The notes under the pieces were generated by a model. That model was not told the origin of the DNA, did no database searches, and was given only the letters and a program-made list of their open reading frames with translations. A DNA stretch of 64,000 nt from a virus. Its lineage: Duplodnaviria; Caudoviricetes. The translations under genes were made by a program, and so were the position numbers. This document shows positions 22,061 to 33,141 of this stretch, in pieces. The stretch lies in IMG/VR virus record IMGVR_UViG_2728369562_000003, positions 1-64,000 of that record. The stretch is one strand, 5' to 3'. Each line of letters begins with the position of its first letter. The stretch's first letter is position 1.

Positions 22061-25000
22061 TCATGTGATGTTGAAATTTAGTCCAGTATTTTTAAGCCCA
22101 TTTGCTAATTGTTTGTATACTAAGCTTGCAGTCTCTTTAGCATTACTAGCTTCTGTTACATTAATTGTGAATGAGTTCTGATTGTTTGATGTATTCCCTT
22201 GAGGTGTAGAAGGGGGTACAGTAGGGGGCGAGAAGTTCTTAAGAGTTGGAATTAAGCCTTTTGTTAGATTTGTTTGACTAGAAACTGCGGCATTTATAGC
22301 AGGTGTGACAAGAGCAATACTCTTACTTAAAACATCAGAAATTTTACCAGGTTGACCCCATTTAGAGGCAGTCTTTACTGAGTTATCAGTGGACGTTTGA
22401 CGAACTTGTTTTACAGCTTCCAGCATGTTTTCAGTATCTGTCTTGTTTAAAATAAGTTCCTTGTCATGTAAGAATGCAAGCTTTCCTGCTCCAAGTCCTG
22501 TGCCTGTATATCCACCAGAAGCAAATGATGACACCTTTTTACCTGTTGTATTTCCAGTTGTAACGGTATTTAATGCACTGGCAGCGTCCTTAAGCTTATC
22601 AATTAAGTTATTGGAAATACTTTTCCCGATCGACTTCATATTCTCGTTTATGAACTTGGTGAATTCATTAAGCTGTTTAGCGATATCAGTGATTTTACCA
22701 TCCATAAGCTTATCTTCAAGCTTTTTGAATGCTCGTTCATCATTTACCAGGTCATCGTACTTGTTGTTGATTGACTCTTCATCTTTTTCAAGCTGATCCT
22801 GAAGGGCTTCTTTACGTTTTGTGTTGCTACGATCTTTAATATACTCGTCTAATGCTTCCTGTTGTTCTTGAAGTTGTTTCTCAAGGTCTTTGACTTGGGA
22901 TTTAGCCTCAGAGGAGTCGTCCATTGAAAGCTTATTGATCTTATCCTTTGTTTCCTGAATTGCTTGGTTTTTCTCCTTCAATTCCTTTTGATACTTAGCT
23001 TCTTCGTCTTGTTTGTCGATCTCATCAATCTTGTCTTGTGTCGCTTTCTGATGGGCTTCTAACTCAATATCCCGCATTTTTTCGTACATCTCTTTGTAGA
23101 TGGATACAACTTCATCAGCCAATGATTTATAGATTTCCTTGATCGACTTCTTGGTGTTATAAAGCTCAAGATTAAAGTCTTTCTGTTTATCTTTCCAGTT
23201 TTCGATTTCTTCAGTGATCTGTTCCTGGATGTCAGGGAAACCTTTCGCAGCTTTCTTTTGCTCTTCAAGCTGTTTGATATATTTTTTGGCTTCCTTTTGT
23301 TGTTGCTGAATGAGCTTTATCTGTTTGCTATAGTACTTAACCTTGTCTTCATCTTCTTCAGTCATTGATATTTTATTATCAACGTCTTTAATTTTCCCTT
23401 GGGTTTTAGAAGATGACTTTTCAATTGATTTGAGTGTCTCATCAACTTTAGATTGGACAAGTTGTTTCTGTAGCTCACGAACCTGGTCTTGAACAGATAT
23501 TAAATCTAGCTTGGCTTGTTTAAGCTCTTCTTGAAGCTGTGAACGTTGAGCGGAGTTCAATGCTTTATTTGTTTTAATTTCTTTTTGAATCCAATTAACT
23601 TTTTGTTGTTGGATTTTAGCTTGCTCTGCCACAGCTTTTTTCTGATCAGAGGTGTATTTTCGGAATTCCTTGCTGTCAGAAGTGTATCGATTAGCCATTG
23701 ATTCATCTTTTGCTATCCGAACATCAAAATCTCCAATTCTTTTATCAAACTCATCGAGTTTAGATTGAACTAGTTCATACTGAAGTTCTTGAATCTGATC
23801 ATTGACTGAACTGATATCTCCTTGGAGAGAGAGAAGATCAGATTTAGCCTGAGCTATCCCTTGTTGCCGTTCTGCCTCAGCTTGTGACGCATCTGAAATA
23901 GAAGTTCCAATACCTTGCATGTACTTTTCAGGATCGATTGTTTTTCCATTTTGTTCGATCTGTAAATGAAGGTGGTTCCCAGTTGAGTTCCCTGTGCTAC
24001 CAACTTTACCAATGGTTTGACCAGCTTTAACTGATTGACCTGCTTTTACAGAAGGAGTGTTAAGCATGTGCATGTACTTGGCAACTGTTCCATCATCCTG
24101 TTTAATAACAACCCAGTTACCTGCAGTTTTACTGTAGCCAGCAATTTGGACTTTACCACTTTGAAGAGATTTAATTGCTGTACCTGCTTTTGCAGCAAAA
24201 TCAGTTCCTTTGTGTGGGGAGGAGCGGAGACCAGATTCCTGTTGTCCATATTTGGAGCTTACTCTAAAAGCGCTATTATTTGTATAATAGCTGGCGATTG
24301 AAGAAGTGGCAGATGAGAGCGATTTGCTATAGTTGGCCATGATCTTCTTGACGTAATTCTGTGTTTCTTTAAAAGGAGGGATACCACCATATTTAATTAC
24401 GTTACCAGGCCCAGCATTATATGCAGCCAATGCTTTTTCAACATTACCGCCAAACTTTTCAAGCTGTTGGGCAAGATATTTGGTTCCACCCATAACATTT
24501 TGATAAGGATCGTAAGCGTTATTTACCCCTAAGCTTTTTGCTGTTGCTGGCATCAGTTGCATTAATCCCATAGCGCCTACGCCAGATCGTGCTTTAGCAT
24601 TGAACCCTGATTCTTGCTGAATTACAGCTGCAATAAGGGCGGGGTCAACATTGTATTTACTAGCTGCAGAATTTATGTAACTTGAATATTTGCCTGAATA
24701 TGAGCCACCAGTTGAAGAAGAAGTTCCACCAGAAGAAGCTGTAGAGGTTACAATACCATATTGAGTAACATTACCGGATTTAATTTGATCTTTAAGCAAT
24801 TTGGCTTGTTCCTGCATAAGCTTTTTCTTTTGTTGTAGAGCTTTTATCTCTTTTTTAATAGCGTCTCTATACTTTTGAGAATACTTCGGATAATCATTGA
24901 CCTGTTTGTTGTATTTATCAATTTCAGCATTAACTTTTTCTAATGCTTCCTTGTATTTATCAGCAACATACATTGAAGTTTTTATTTCTTCAGAAGCTTT

Positions 25001-28000
25001 TTCTGCAGATGAAGACATGTCTTCCATTGATGTACCAGTCTCTGATAGGGAAGAAGAGGCTAAATCAGCTAATTTATCAAGTTCTTTAAGTTGATCTGTA
25101 ATATCAGTAACTTGATTTAAATCATCTTGAGTTTTAGGAAGGTATTGAATTGCTCCACCATTACCTTTTTTCATCTCATCAAGTATTTTTTGCTTTTGTT
25201 TTTCAAGATCTGACTTCATATTATAAGCATCTTGAACTGTCTTGATCGCTTTAACTTCAGATTTATACATATTAATCTTCTTGTTTAAAGCATTAGCTTG
25301 ATTTATTAGATCTTGCTTAACAGACTGTTGCATGTCATTGTACGCTTTTAGCTTTGTGTCACGGAGCTTAACAACTGCATCTCTGTTTATTTTCACAACG
25401 CCATTTTCAATTGAAATAGCGTCTGCAAGATCGTTTTCCTTCTGTATGAGTTTCATAGCTTCTGTTGCTGATAAACTCTTACCTTCTGCCATTTTCTCAA
25501 GCAATTCATTTAAAGGGGAGATGTTATCCGCCATAGCATCATAAGCATCATTTTGCATTGCGGAAATGGCTAAATCATTTTGTTTGGAATCTACAAGGTC
25601 ACTAATAATTGAGCTAATTGCTTCGAAGTCACCTTTGGCATCTTTAAGTTTGTCAGATAGAGTGCCAACAGCTTCACCTAAAGCATCTACGCCTTCTCCA
25701 TTTTCATCCCATGTTACTTTAGCTGATTCCGCTGAATTGTTCGTTGAGTCAATAGCATCCTTAAGATCCCCGTAAGAAAGTACAAGGCCATTTGCCTTAT
25801 CAGAACCATTTACATATTGACTTATGAGGTTTTCAAGACCTTGCGAGGCTTTTGAAAAGTCCGTCTGATTCCCTGATTGTAGAGCCTTTTGTATCTTATC
25901 CATATATTGAGAAACATTGATAGAAAAGGACTCTAACTGCGATGCATCCATTTTGCTGAAATCAATCTTATTAAATGCATCATTAACTTCCTTAGTGAGT
26001 TGAGGATTAATTTTTATGGAGTTAAATGCTTCTACTGTTTTGGAAACTTGCTCACGAATTTTTGACTGTGAGCTAGATAGAGATTGTTCAACACGAAGTG
26101 CTTCTTGTTCAGCTTTAACACCTTGATTTTTAATTGAACTGTCATCCGCAAAAGGATTTTCAAAGAATGACCAGAAACCCTTTCCTTTTGAGTATGTGTC
26201 AGCCATCTTTTTATATTGATCAATTTCATCCTGAAGATTCTTAATTTCTTTCAAACTATCTGAAAAAGTGTCTTTAGCGCCTGTTTGAATATCTTTCTTA
26301 TTAAGGTCGGCTAGTTCTTGTGTATATTTGATGGCATCTTGTAGAGCGTCATTATTTTTAATTATTGCTTGCCCTTGTGAGTCGTAACCAGCAACTAAAT
26401 TAGGAAATGTTTGAGCTAATTGTTGCGTGACCTGAAGATATTCCTGTTCTTTTTCAGAACTTAAAGTACCTGATTCTTTTGCTTTTTGAAGCTCTTTATA
26501 TTGAACAATTAATTGATCAGTTGTGTCTTTATTAGTTGTAATTGCCTCAATACTTGTTATTTTGGCTTGTTCAAAATCTTCTCGTGCTTGTTTTAATTTA
26601 GAATATGAGGATATTAGCTTTTCAATAACAACACCAAAAGCCATCATTGCTGCCATAGGAAGGAAGCTACCAGCTAAGAAAGCCCCTGTAGTCATTGCTG
26701 CCTTTTTTAAGTTCGTAATTGAAGTTGAAAAAGCAGTCGTGATTTTACTCCAAATTGCTGTTTTGGCTGAAGCTGCTGTCACTCCAACCGTAAAAGTATT
26801 AAAATTCAGGATAAGATTTTTTAGAGCCGCACCCATTGCAGTGCCTGAAGTTAAAGCACTTGCACGAAGTGAAGAGTTAAATAATATAACTGCAGCTGTC
26901 GCTGCTCCAAATACTTGCGGCAGTAATCCAACGGACTTGGTTACTTGGGCACTTAATTGCATCAGACTTTTCAATGCTTCAGCGAATACTACGATACTAT
27001 CAGATATCAGTGCTTCACCAGATGCAACTGACATCTCTGTAAAAGCATTAGATAAACGATTAATTCTTGCTTGCAAACTATCGGCATATTTTTGCTGTTC
27101 TTTCCATGAGCTACCGACCGAATTAGCGGCTGTATTTGCTGCACTTTGGGCAATGGAGAAATTATTCATCATCGCGTTAAAACGTGACAATTGGTAAATG
27201 CCTGCAACGCCTATGGATGTGTTTTGTTTCTGGGCATCGCTCAATGTATCCCATTTCCCAGCAAGTTCCTCAATTAATTCACTTGAAGACTTAGCTTCAC
27301 CACCAGCTGTTTTAACTGAGATACCGATCTGTTCTAATGCTTTGATTGAACTCTGGTTATTACCAATACGAGCAAAAATCGTCTTTAATGAGTTACCAAC
27401 AATATTCCCAGATTCACGAGTAGTACTAGCAATTGCTGTTGTATACCCAATTAAGTCGTTTAATTCAACACCAAAAGTTGAAGCAGTGGAGCCAGCTTTT
27501 CTAATACTGTTTGCAAGGTCTAATGTGCTAACAGCATAGTTGTTATCAACTTCATTAAGTTTATCAGCAATTGAGATTGAATCGCCGGCAGCTACATTAA
27601 AGTTAAGCATTGCAGCTGTTAAAGTATTAACAGTATCGGTAGGATTTAAATCCGAGATGTTCTGTAAGATCTGAGCGGTTTTAGTTACATCGCCAAGTTC
27701 AGATTCACTATAACCCATTCGCCCAAATGCGCCAGTGATTTCAAGAATATCTGAAATTTTATTTGATAGTTGATCACCGAGATCAATTGAGGATTGAAGA
27801 AGTTCATTAAACTTGTAATCAGGTAAATCCATTACACGTCTAATGTCTGTCATTAATGTATCGATTTGAATAACTTGTTCCACCATTGACTTTAATGCTT
27901 GAACACCAGAATAGAACATTGTCCCACTTAAAAAATATGCGGGCATTCGACTGAATGATTGCGCTAATTGTTCTCCAAACCCTGACACATTAGAAGAAGC

Positions 28001-28954
28001 AGACGATGCATTTGCAGATACCTCTCTGAATTGCATATTCAGATTCTGCATTTGTGTTCTTAAATTAGGGGTTCTTGCAGTAAGTTGGTTAACTGAGTTG
28101 AGATAATTCTGTAGAGCAGTGGAGTTAGCTGTACTAAGAGAGCTGCCGTAGCGAGCATTGAGGTTTTGGACATTTATTTGCGCTTGACGCTGATATAATT
28201 GAACTTGGTGTTCAAGTTCTTTTGTTTTTGCTTTAGCAGTAGATGAATCATCAAGACGCTTAATACGGTTAGCAATTTGATCAATTTGAGCTGCTGTTTG
28301 TGCACCTTTAATTGAAGTCGAGAGACGAGTAAGCACTTGGGAGGACATTAATCCTTTTGCTCTCAACTTTTCAAGGCTTTGATTTAGTTGTTCAATTGCT
28401 TTCCGTTGTTGATCGTAGTTAGTTGTAATTCTTGAAGAAGTTGCATTAGTTTTAGGGTCAGTCGTATAAACAATGTCTTCAAAACCATTACGGTTTTTCT
28501 GTACAACATTCGTGGTTTGGCCCTGTAGGTTCTTTTGTTCGGTCTTTTTTTGTACTTGACCTAATTTTTCAGTAGCTTGAACGAGCTTGTTAACTTCTTG
28601 AGTTTCTTGCCTTAGAGCAGCATTGCGATTATTAATTATTTTCGTTTCACGTTGAAGAATCTCACCGTTTTTCTTGTATTGCTGGGTGAGTTTTTCAACT
28701 GATCCGTCAGCATTCTTAATTACAGTGGACGTTTCTTTTACTGTTTGATTATAGGATTTTAGATTTTTTTGATACGCATCTACAGCAGAAGAGAATTCTT
28801 GCAGAGCTTTTAAGGTTGTAGAATCAATATTTGTGTTGAGTTTGAGGGAGTTAAGCTTCTTTTCTAAAGATTTGATTTGCTGATTTAACTGTTCGACAGT
28901 TTTTGATGAGGTATCAGCTTGTGGGGTTAATATGATTTTGAGGTTTTGACTCAA
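22061..28954 (-). CDS. cwlP: Tape measure protein with lytic transglycosylase and M23 peptidase (CwlP/YomI)
   Basis: 2297 aa; QESGF..GAMGLMQLMP..AYNAG SLT domain; HKGTD and HLH M23 motifs. Confidence 0.95.
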   Translation of the reverse strand: MSQNLKIILTPQADTSSKTVEQLNQQIKSLEKKLNSLKLNTNIDSTTLKALQEFSSAVDAYQKNLKSYNQTVKETSTVIKNADGSVEKLTQQYKKNGEILQRETKIINNRNAALRQETQEVNKLVQATEKLGQVQKKTEQKNLQGQTTNVVQKNRNGFEDIVYTTDPKTNATSSRITTNYDQQRKAIEQLNQSLEKLRAKGLMSSQVLTRLSTSIKGAQTAAQIDQIANRIKRLDDSSTAKAKTKELEHQVQLYQRQAQINVQNLNARYGSSLSTANSTALQNYLNSVNQLTARTPNLRTQMQNLNMQFREVSANASSASSNVSGFGEQLAQSFSRMPAYFLSGTMFYSGVQALKSMVEQVIQIDTLMTDIRRVMDLPDYKFNELLQSSIDLGDQLSNKISDILEITGAFGRMGYSESELGDVTKTAQILQNISDLNPTDTVNTLTAAMLNFNVAAGDSISIADKLNEVDNNYAVSTLDLANSIRKAGSTASTFGVELNDLIGYTTAIASTTRESGNIVGNSLKTIFARIGNNQSSIKALEQIGISVKTAGGEAKSSSELIEELAGKWDTLSDAQKQNTSIGVAGIYQLSRFNAMMNNFSIAQSAANTAANSVGSSWKEQQKYADSLQARINRLSNAFTEMSVASGEALISDSIVVFAEALKSLMQLSAQVTKSVGLLPQVFGAATAAVILFNSSLRASALTSGTAMGAALKNLILNFNTFTVGVTAASAKTAIWSKITTAFSTSITNLKKAAMTTGAFLAGSFLPMAAMMAFGVVIEKLISSYSKLKQAREDFEQAKITSIEAITTNKDTTDQLIVQYKELQKAKESGTLSSEKEQEYLQVTQQLAQTFPNLVAGYDSQGQAIIKNNDALQDAIKYTQELADLNKKDIQTGAKDTFSDSLKEIKNLQDEIDQYKKMADTYSKGKGFWSFFENPFADDSSIKNQGVKAEQEALRVEQSLSSSQSKIREQVSKTVEAFNSIKINPQLTKEVNDAFNKIDFSKMDASQLESFSINVSQYMDKIQKALQSGNQTDFSKASQGLENLISQYVNGSDKANGLVLSYGDLKDAIDSTNNSAESAKVTWDENGEGVDALGEAVGTLSDKLKDAKGDFEAISSIISDLVDSKQNDLAISAMQNDAYDAMADNISPLNELLEKMAEGKSLSATEAMKLIQKENDLADAISIENGVVKINRDAVVKLRDTKLKAYNDMQQSVKQDLINQANALNKKINMYKSEVKAIKTVQDAYNMKSDLEKQKQKILDEMKKGNGGAIQYLPKTQDDLNQVTDITDQLKELDKLADLASSSLSETGTSMEDMSSSAEKASEEIKTSMYVADKYKEALEKVNAEIDKYNKQVNDYPKYSQKYRDAIKKEIKALQQKKKLMQEQAKLLKDQIKSGNVTQYGIVTSTASSGGTSSSTGGSYSGKYSSYINSAASKYNVDPALIAAVIQQESGFNAKARSGVGAMGLMQLMPATAKSLGVNNAYDPYQNVMGGTKYLAQQLEKFGGNVEKALAAYNAGPGNVIKYGGIPPFKETQNYVKKIMANYSKSLSSATSSIASYYTNNSAFRVSSKYGQQESGLRSSPHKGTDFAAKAGTAIKSLQSGKVQIAGYSKTAGNWVVIKQDDGTVAKYMHMLNTPSVKAGQSVKAGQTIGKVGSTGNSTGNHLHLQIEQNGKTIDPEKYMQGIGTSISDASQAEAERQQGIAQAKSDLLSLQGDISSVNDQIQELQYELVQSKLDEFDKRIGDFDVRIAKDESMANRYTSDSKEFRKYTSDQKKAVAEQAKIQQQKVNWIQKEIKTNKALNSAQRSQLQEELKQAKLDLISVQDQVRELQKQLVQSKVDETLKSIEKSSSKTQGKIKDVDNKISMTEEDEDKVKYYSKQIKLIQQQQKEAKKYIKQLEEQKKAAKGFPDIQEQITEEIENWKDKQKDFNLELYNTKKSIKEIYKSLADEVVSIYKEMYEKMRDIELEAHQKATQDKIDEIDKQDEEAKYQKELKEKNQAIQETKDKINKLSMDDSSEAKSQVKDLEKQLQEQQEALDEYIKDRSNTKRKEALQDQLEKDEESINNKYDDLVNDERAFKKLEDKLMDGKITDIAKQLNEFTKFINENMKSIGKSISNNLIDKLKDAASALNTVTTGNTTGKKVSSFASGGYTGTGLGAGKLAFLHDKELILNKTDTENMLEAVKQVRQTSTDNSVKTASKWGQPGKISDVLSKSIALVTPAINAAVSSQTNLTKGLIPTLKNFSPPTVPPSTPQGNTSNNQNSFTINVTEASNAKETASLVYKQLANGLKNTGLNFNIT

Positions 28955-29007
28955 GTAAGAATCACTTCCTTTCAGTAGAGGAGGGGGAAAATAAAAAAGC
29001 CACTCAG

Positions 29008-29634
29008 CTATTGAGCGACTTTACTACCTTTGCGTATTGCTATTTCCATAATCCCTTGCCAAATTTCAACATTAGATAAAGCTTCCTTAACTTTTTGATC
29101 ATCTTGTTTAAATCCTTTAGTGTTTTCTAAGCCAGTATCAGTTTTACTTGGTAAGAACTCTATTTTAGTTATGGGGTTAGAAAAATCATCAAGTTTTAAC
29201 TTAAGATCAATCTTTCTAAAATATTTGGACTCAGTTCTGTCTGAAGATAACCCTCCAACAAGAGCCCCAATACCTCCTGCAGCAAGTCCTCCGATAACGG
29301 CTCCTGCCATTTGACTACCTCTAGAAACTCTTGTTATGGATTGATCGTCAATGGCTATCTCAGCTTCGATTATCTTGCTAAATGGGATAGATTTTTCTTC
29401 AATAGCCAAAATTTCATTGAAATGATGAATAACAAACTTATTTTCGGATTCAACCAAAGTCAGTTTTTTATTTTTATCTGGGGTTAGATATGACTTGCAG
29501 TCCTTTGGGTAATTTCCTGCGGAAATTATTTTCTCTAAATTTTGTTTTTCGATTTCCTTTTGTTTATCTGCTCCAAAATCCCCTAATATAAAGAAAATAG
29601 CTATTATTAACAAAACAATAATTGCCCATATCAT
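29008..29634 (-). CDS. yomJ: Membrane-anchored protein, YomJ-like (possible superinfection immunity)
   Basis: N-terminal TM, glycine zipper GAVIGGLAAGGIGALVGG; position next to yomI. Confidence 0.55.
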   Translation of the reverse strand: MIWAIIVLLIIAIFFILGDFGADKQKEIEKQNLEKIISAGNYPKDCKSYLTPDKNKKLTLVESENKFVIHHFNEILAIEEKSIPFSKIIEAEIAIDDQSITRVSRGSQMAGAVIGGLAAGGIGALVGGLSSDRTESKYFRKIDLKLKLDDFSNPITKIEFLPSKTDTGLENTKGFKQDDQKVKEALSNVEIWQGIMEIAIRKGSKVAQ

Positions 29635-29996
29635 ACAACCACCACCGGTATCATTTACCTACATTATATCACGGTTTCCAAAAGTATAGAACGGGAGTGA
29701 GAGGGATAGAGTGATCATTTCATCTACTATTTATAGTTGAATGATTTAAGTTACTATTCCCTATTAACATTTTCTCTTCATGCATAGCGTAATTAGGATA
29801 CATACCCTATTGCGCTTTTGGTTGTTATTTGCTTATGAGTAAATGCTATTACCTTAAAATTACTCAAATGTATGGATTTGGACATAGGTTATATGTTATG
29901 GTTCTAATTGAAAGGAGGGACATATTATAAAAATGCCTACATCAGGTTCAATCAACATAGAAGGCTCTATTATCAATCAAAAAAGGAGCTGTTACT

Positions 29997-30830
29997 ATGG
30001 GAAAGTTTAAAAAATCACTTTTTTCTATTTTGGGTTTCGTGTTAATTTTGTCATCTTTCACATTTGTCACTGGAAGTAAAGCAGCAAGCGCAAGCGAAAA
30101 GAATGAAATCAATTCAATTCAAGAATATCAAGATTTGCTTTTGGCTACACTAAAAATCTCTAATCCTCAAGATGAAGAACAATTAGAAAATGCTGTTGAT
30201 CAGTTCAATTCTAAAAATGTATTCAACGATAAAGCACTAACCAAATATTATGTTGAGTCGAATAGCAAAACAATATTACCGAACGTTGACAATACAAAAA
30301 AGGAACTTGATATTGAAAAGTACATCCAATCAAACATTGATATAGGTCAATTCACCACGCACAAACTTAGCGAAAACATCTCCGTTACTTTCACAAATAC
30401 TCCAGTTTATTTCATTGAGTCAACCACCGAAGAAGACACACCACAAACCTCATCTGATGTAGAAATCGCAGCGGCAAAATATAAAAACACAAAAACATAC
30501 ACACATAGCTATACGGCCAAAAACTTTTTAAATATGAAGCTTTTCACTGTCAAGGCAAAGGGATATTTTCAATACAATGGTTCTGATGTTAAACCGAAGT
30601 TGAATGATGCCTGGTATACAAAAGGCTTCTTGTCCATCTGGCAAGTTTCCAACTGGCAAAAGAGCACATATAAAAAAGGATCTAATTACGCTGAGGTTTA
30701 CGGAAGAGGAAATTTCCACTTTGGTCTCGAAATTAATGGTTATGGCTTGGTAGTCCAAGATCAATATATCAAAGTTTATTTAACAGGCAATAAAAAAGGA
30801 ACAGTTTATAAGAAAACAAGCGTAAAATAA
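29997..30830 (+). CDS. Secreted protein of unknown function (signal peptide, acidic N-part, basic C-domain)
   Basis: AAGGAG RBS; Sec signal ending AASA. Confidence 0.8.
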   Translation: MGKFKKSLFSILGFVLILSSFTFVTGSKAASASEKNEINSIQEYQDLLLATLKISNPQDEEQLENAVDQFNSKNVFNDKALTKYYVESNSKTILPNVDNTKKELDIEKYIQSNIDIGQFTTHKLSENISVTFTNTPVYFIESTTEEDTPQTSSDVEIAAAKYKNTKTYTHSYTAKNFLNMKLFTVKAKGYFQYNGSDVKPKLNDAWYTKGFLSIWQVSNWQKSTYKKGSNYAEVYGRGNFHFGLEINGYGLVVQDQYIKVYLTGNKKGTVYKKTSVK

Positions 30831-30849
30831 ACAAAGGAGGTGATATTTT

Positions 30850-31044
30850 ATGAAGCAGTTTTTTCTTTCTAAATCCTTCACATTTTCTTTTCTGTTTTTC
30901 GCTTTGTTTTTCGGGTTTCAATTAAACACTGATGGATTACAAGCTATTTCGATTTTTAATTTGTTGTTGGTCAGCTTGATTTGTTCATCGGCGTTCACCT
31001 TTATCATACGATTATTCAAAAGTAAAAGGCCCGTAGCGAATTAG
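30850..31044 (+). CDS. Two-TM small membrane protein (putative immunity)
   Basis: AAGGAGGTG RBS; co-oriented 19 bp after the secreted protein gene. Confidence 0.7.
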   Translation: MKQFFLSKSFTFSFLFFALFFGFQLNTDGLQAISIFNLLLVSLICSSAFTFIIRLFKSKRPVAN

Positions 31045-31065
31045 CAACAGAATTCTTTAAACAAA

Positions 31066-31104
31066 GAAAGAGGAATGCATTAAGCGTTCCTCTTTCTTAT
31101 TTTA
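31066..31104. terminator. Terminator
   Basis: AAGAAAGAGGAATGC..GCGTTCCTCTTTCTT-ATTTT. Confidence 0.7.
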
Positions 31105-31190
31105 TGTAATAGTTCTGTGTTTCTCTTTATTACGGATTGATGTCTTAGGGAATTTCCCATATAAAAGCTAATAAAAAGAATTGATAAAGA

Positions 31191-31613
31191 TCATTTGGTA
31201 TTACCCTCTTTTTCTTTCTTTATCATTCCAAGCAAATCACTCAGGTAATTTACTGCCAATAACTTTTTTCTGTCTTTATAGTATGCCCACCAAAATGCAA
31301 GAGTTGCACCACCTACGAGCAAAATATTAATAAGGGGAAAAGACTTAAATAATGTCTGGTAAAGCCCCATTGCAATATTCCAAACTGTTAAAATCCAAGG
31401 TAAATGTTTAGTGTGGTCAAATTGTTTTTGAAGATTCTCAAGTCTTGCTTCAATAAAAATCAAAGAGTCAGCGTCAATTTCTCTTAATGAATTTAGGGTT
31501 TTTCTTCTGCTTTCCTCAGTCGTATTCAAATATCCTAAATCATTTTTGATATATTAAAGAAATTGTTTAGTACCAAGTGAAAGAAGTTGGTGTGTTACTG
31601 TATTACTTTCCAT
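31191..31613 (-). pseudogene. Two-TM membrane protein gene interrupted by in-frame TAA at 31554-31556
   Basis: GAGGTGA RBS and ATG 31613, reading MESNTVTHQLLSLGTKQFL*YIKNDLGYLNTTEES, continuous with the 112-aa ORF. Confidence 0.7.
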
Positions 31614-31733
31614 TGCATAATCACCTCAATGTGAATTATCGGATACAAATGGAAAATTTTAAAGGAGGAGGGAGGGGGGAACTCCCTAATTTATGGTACT
31701 ATTAGATTGATTACTAAACGAGGAGAGATTGTT

Positions 31734-31880
31734 ATGGAAAAAAGACCAGATAGCAGACCAACGGAAATTAGACCGGGTAGTAGACCAACTGAGAATGCAA
31801 TGAACACACCAAGACACGAACAAAATTCAGCCGATAAACCATCACTAATATTAAATCCGCCAAAAATAAAGAAGAATTAA
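31734..31880 (+). CDS. 48-aa Pro/Arg-rich peptide with RP(D/G)SRPTE repeats
   Basis: GAGGAGA RBS; translated by hand; stop codon overlaps the stop of the convergent gene. Confidence 0.6.
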   Translation: MEKRPDSRPTEIRPGSRPTENAMNTPRHEQNSADKPSLILNPPKIKKN

Positions 31881-32602
31881 GTTTCACTGTTTTCGCTATC
31901 TTTAAGTGTTTCTAGGTATTGTCCATGGGCTTTCAGGGCATCTTCTGTATTATAAATAGATATGATAAACCCTGTCTTTGTATCAAGGAATACATATGAT
32001 ACCCCAACATCTTTATTATCTTTTAAAAGTTCTGTCCAGTATTCTGTATTAGAGAGTAAAAGATTTCTTTCTAATTCAACAGGTCTGGACACTTTTTGTA
32101 TTTCTCCATAAATTATTTCATCAGGATTATCGATTTTTCTAAATGAAATAAGCTGAGCGTCATTTTTAAGAAACGTCTCATTCCAAACGGTTGATGTTCC
32201 TGAAATTTCAGCAGTCCCACTTCCTCGTCTCACAACATTCACCAATCTAATCATCCATCTGTATGCGAATCTTGACACAAACCAAGAGAAAAGAAAACTG
32301 AAGATAACACTGCACAACACAAAGTAAACGAGGAAACCAAGATTATTCGATAATTCGAGAACGTCACTAAGCGTATGAACTGATAACCAAGGATTATTTA
32401 CCGAATTTGCATTTACAATCATCTGTGCTAACTTATAAATCCCAAGTACAACCATTCCAACAGGAAACCATAGAATTGCACTTATTGCTGCTATTTCAAA
32501 GTTTATATGTTTACTTGCTGGGTGTAATCCAAATAACTGTATCCAAAAGTAACTCAATAATCCTGGTAAAGTAAAAATTAAAATTGCTACAAAGTTTTCC
32601 AT
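31877..32602 (-). CDS. Membrane protein, DUF6338-like
   Basis: LIFTLPGLL N-terminal TM, three TMs, TVWNETF and a soluble C-domain. Confidence 0.65.
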   Translation of the reverse strand: MENFVAILIFTLPGLLSYFWIQLFGLHPASKHINFEIAAISAILWFPVGMVVLGIYKLAQMIVNANSVNNPWLSVHTLSDVLELSNNLGFLVYFVLCSVIFSFLFSWFVSRFAYRWMIRLVNVVRRGSGTAEISGTSTVWNETFLKNDAQLISFRKIDNPDEIIYGEIQKVSRPVELERNLLLSNTEYWTELLKDNKDVGVSYVFLDTKTGFIISIYNTEDALKAHGQYLETLKDSENSET

Positions 32603-32673
32603 ACTGACACTCCTTTATATCAATTTTACAGAAGAAGGGTGAAGGATTCACTATAAATAAAAAAAGACATCAG

Positions 32674-33141
32674 CTAAGATGCCTTTCCTTTAACTTTCTC
32701 ATCTTTAACCTGTTCAAGCAGACTCTTTAAATAAACGGCGCTAATTCGTCTACGTGTTTCCCTAGCTATCATTTTCAACAATACTAATATTATTAGTGTT
32801 GTTACAGTGAAAGCCCACCAGAAGTTAACCTTTAAATAAAACTTTGCTGAAAGTGCAATTAAAGCAACAATTGCTGCTAAGTATTTTGAGTGATCAAATT
32901 GAGATTCGACTTTTGTTGCTTTAGCAATGCCATAAAATAAGCCATCATTGTCTAAACTTCTTAAAAGATCTAACATATCAATAGAATTCCCTTCGGACTT
33001 TATTGAAAAATTAGATTCTATAAACTGGTGAAATTGCTCTTCAGATGAAGTTAAGAAAAAGTGCTTAGCGTCTTCTTTGGTCCATTCTTTAACATCTTTA
33101 TACTTTATTTCGATTTTCTTCTTAAATGGCCACATTATCAT
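32674..33141 (-). CDS. Two-TM membrane protein, paralogue of the 31191-31613 gene
   Basis: Shared LRSLD/LREID..QFDH(S/T)K(Y/H)L..AV(N)YL pattern. Confidence 0.7.
   Translation of the reverse strand: MIMWPFKKKIEIKYKDVKEWTKEDAKHFFLTSSEEQFHQFIESNFSIKSEGNSIDMLDLLRSLDNDGLFYGIAKATKVESQFDHSKYLAAIVALIALSAKFYLKVNFWWAFTVTTLIILVLLKMIARETRRRISAVYLKSLLEQVKDEKVKGKAS

Noticed and set aside
22425-27539. Plus-strand ORFs inside the tape measure gene (e.g. 26523-27197, 224 aa)
   Set aside because: Antisense shadows caused by codon bias; no RBS and unnatural composition
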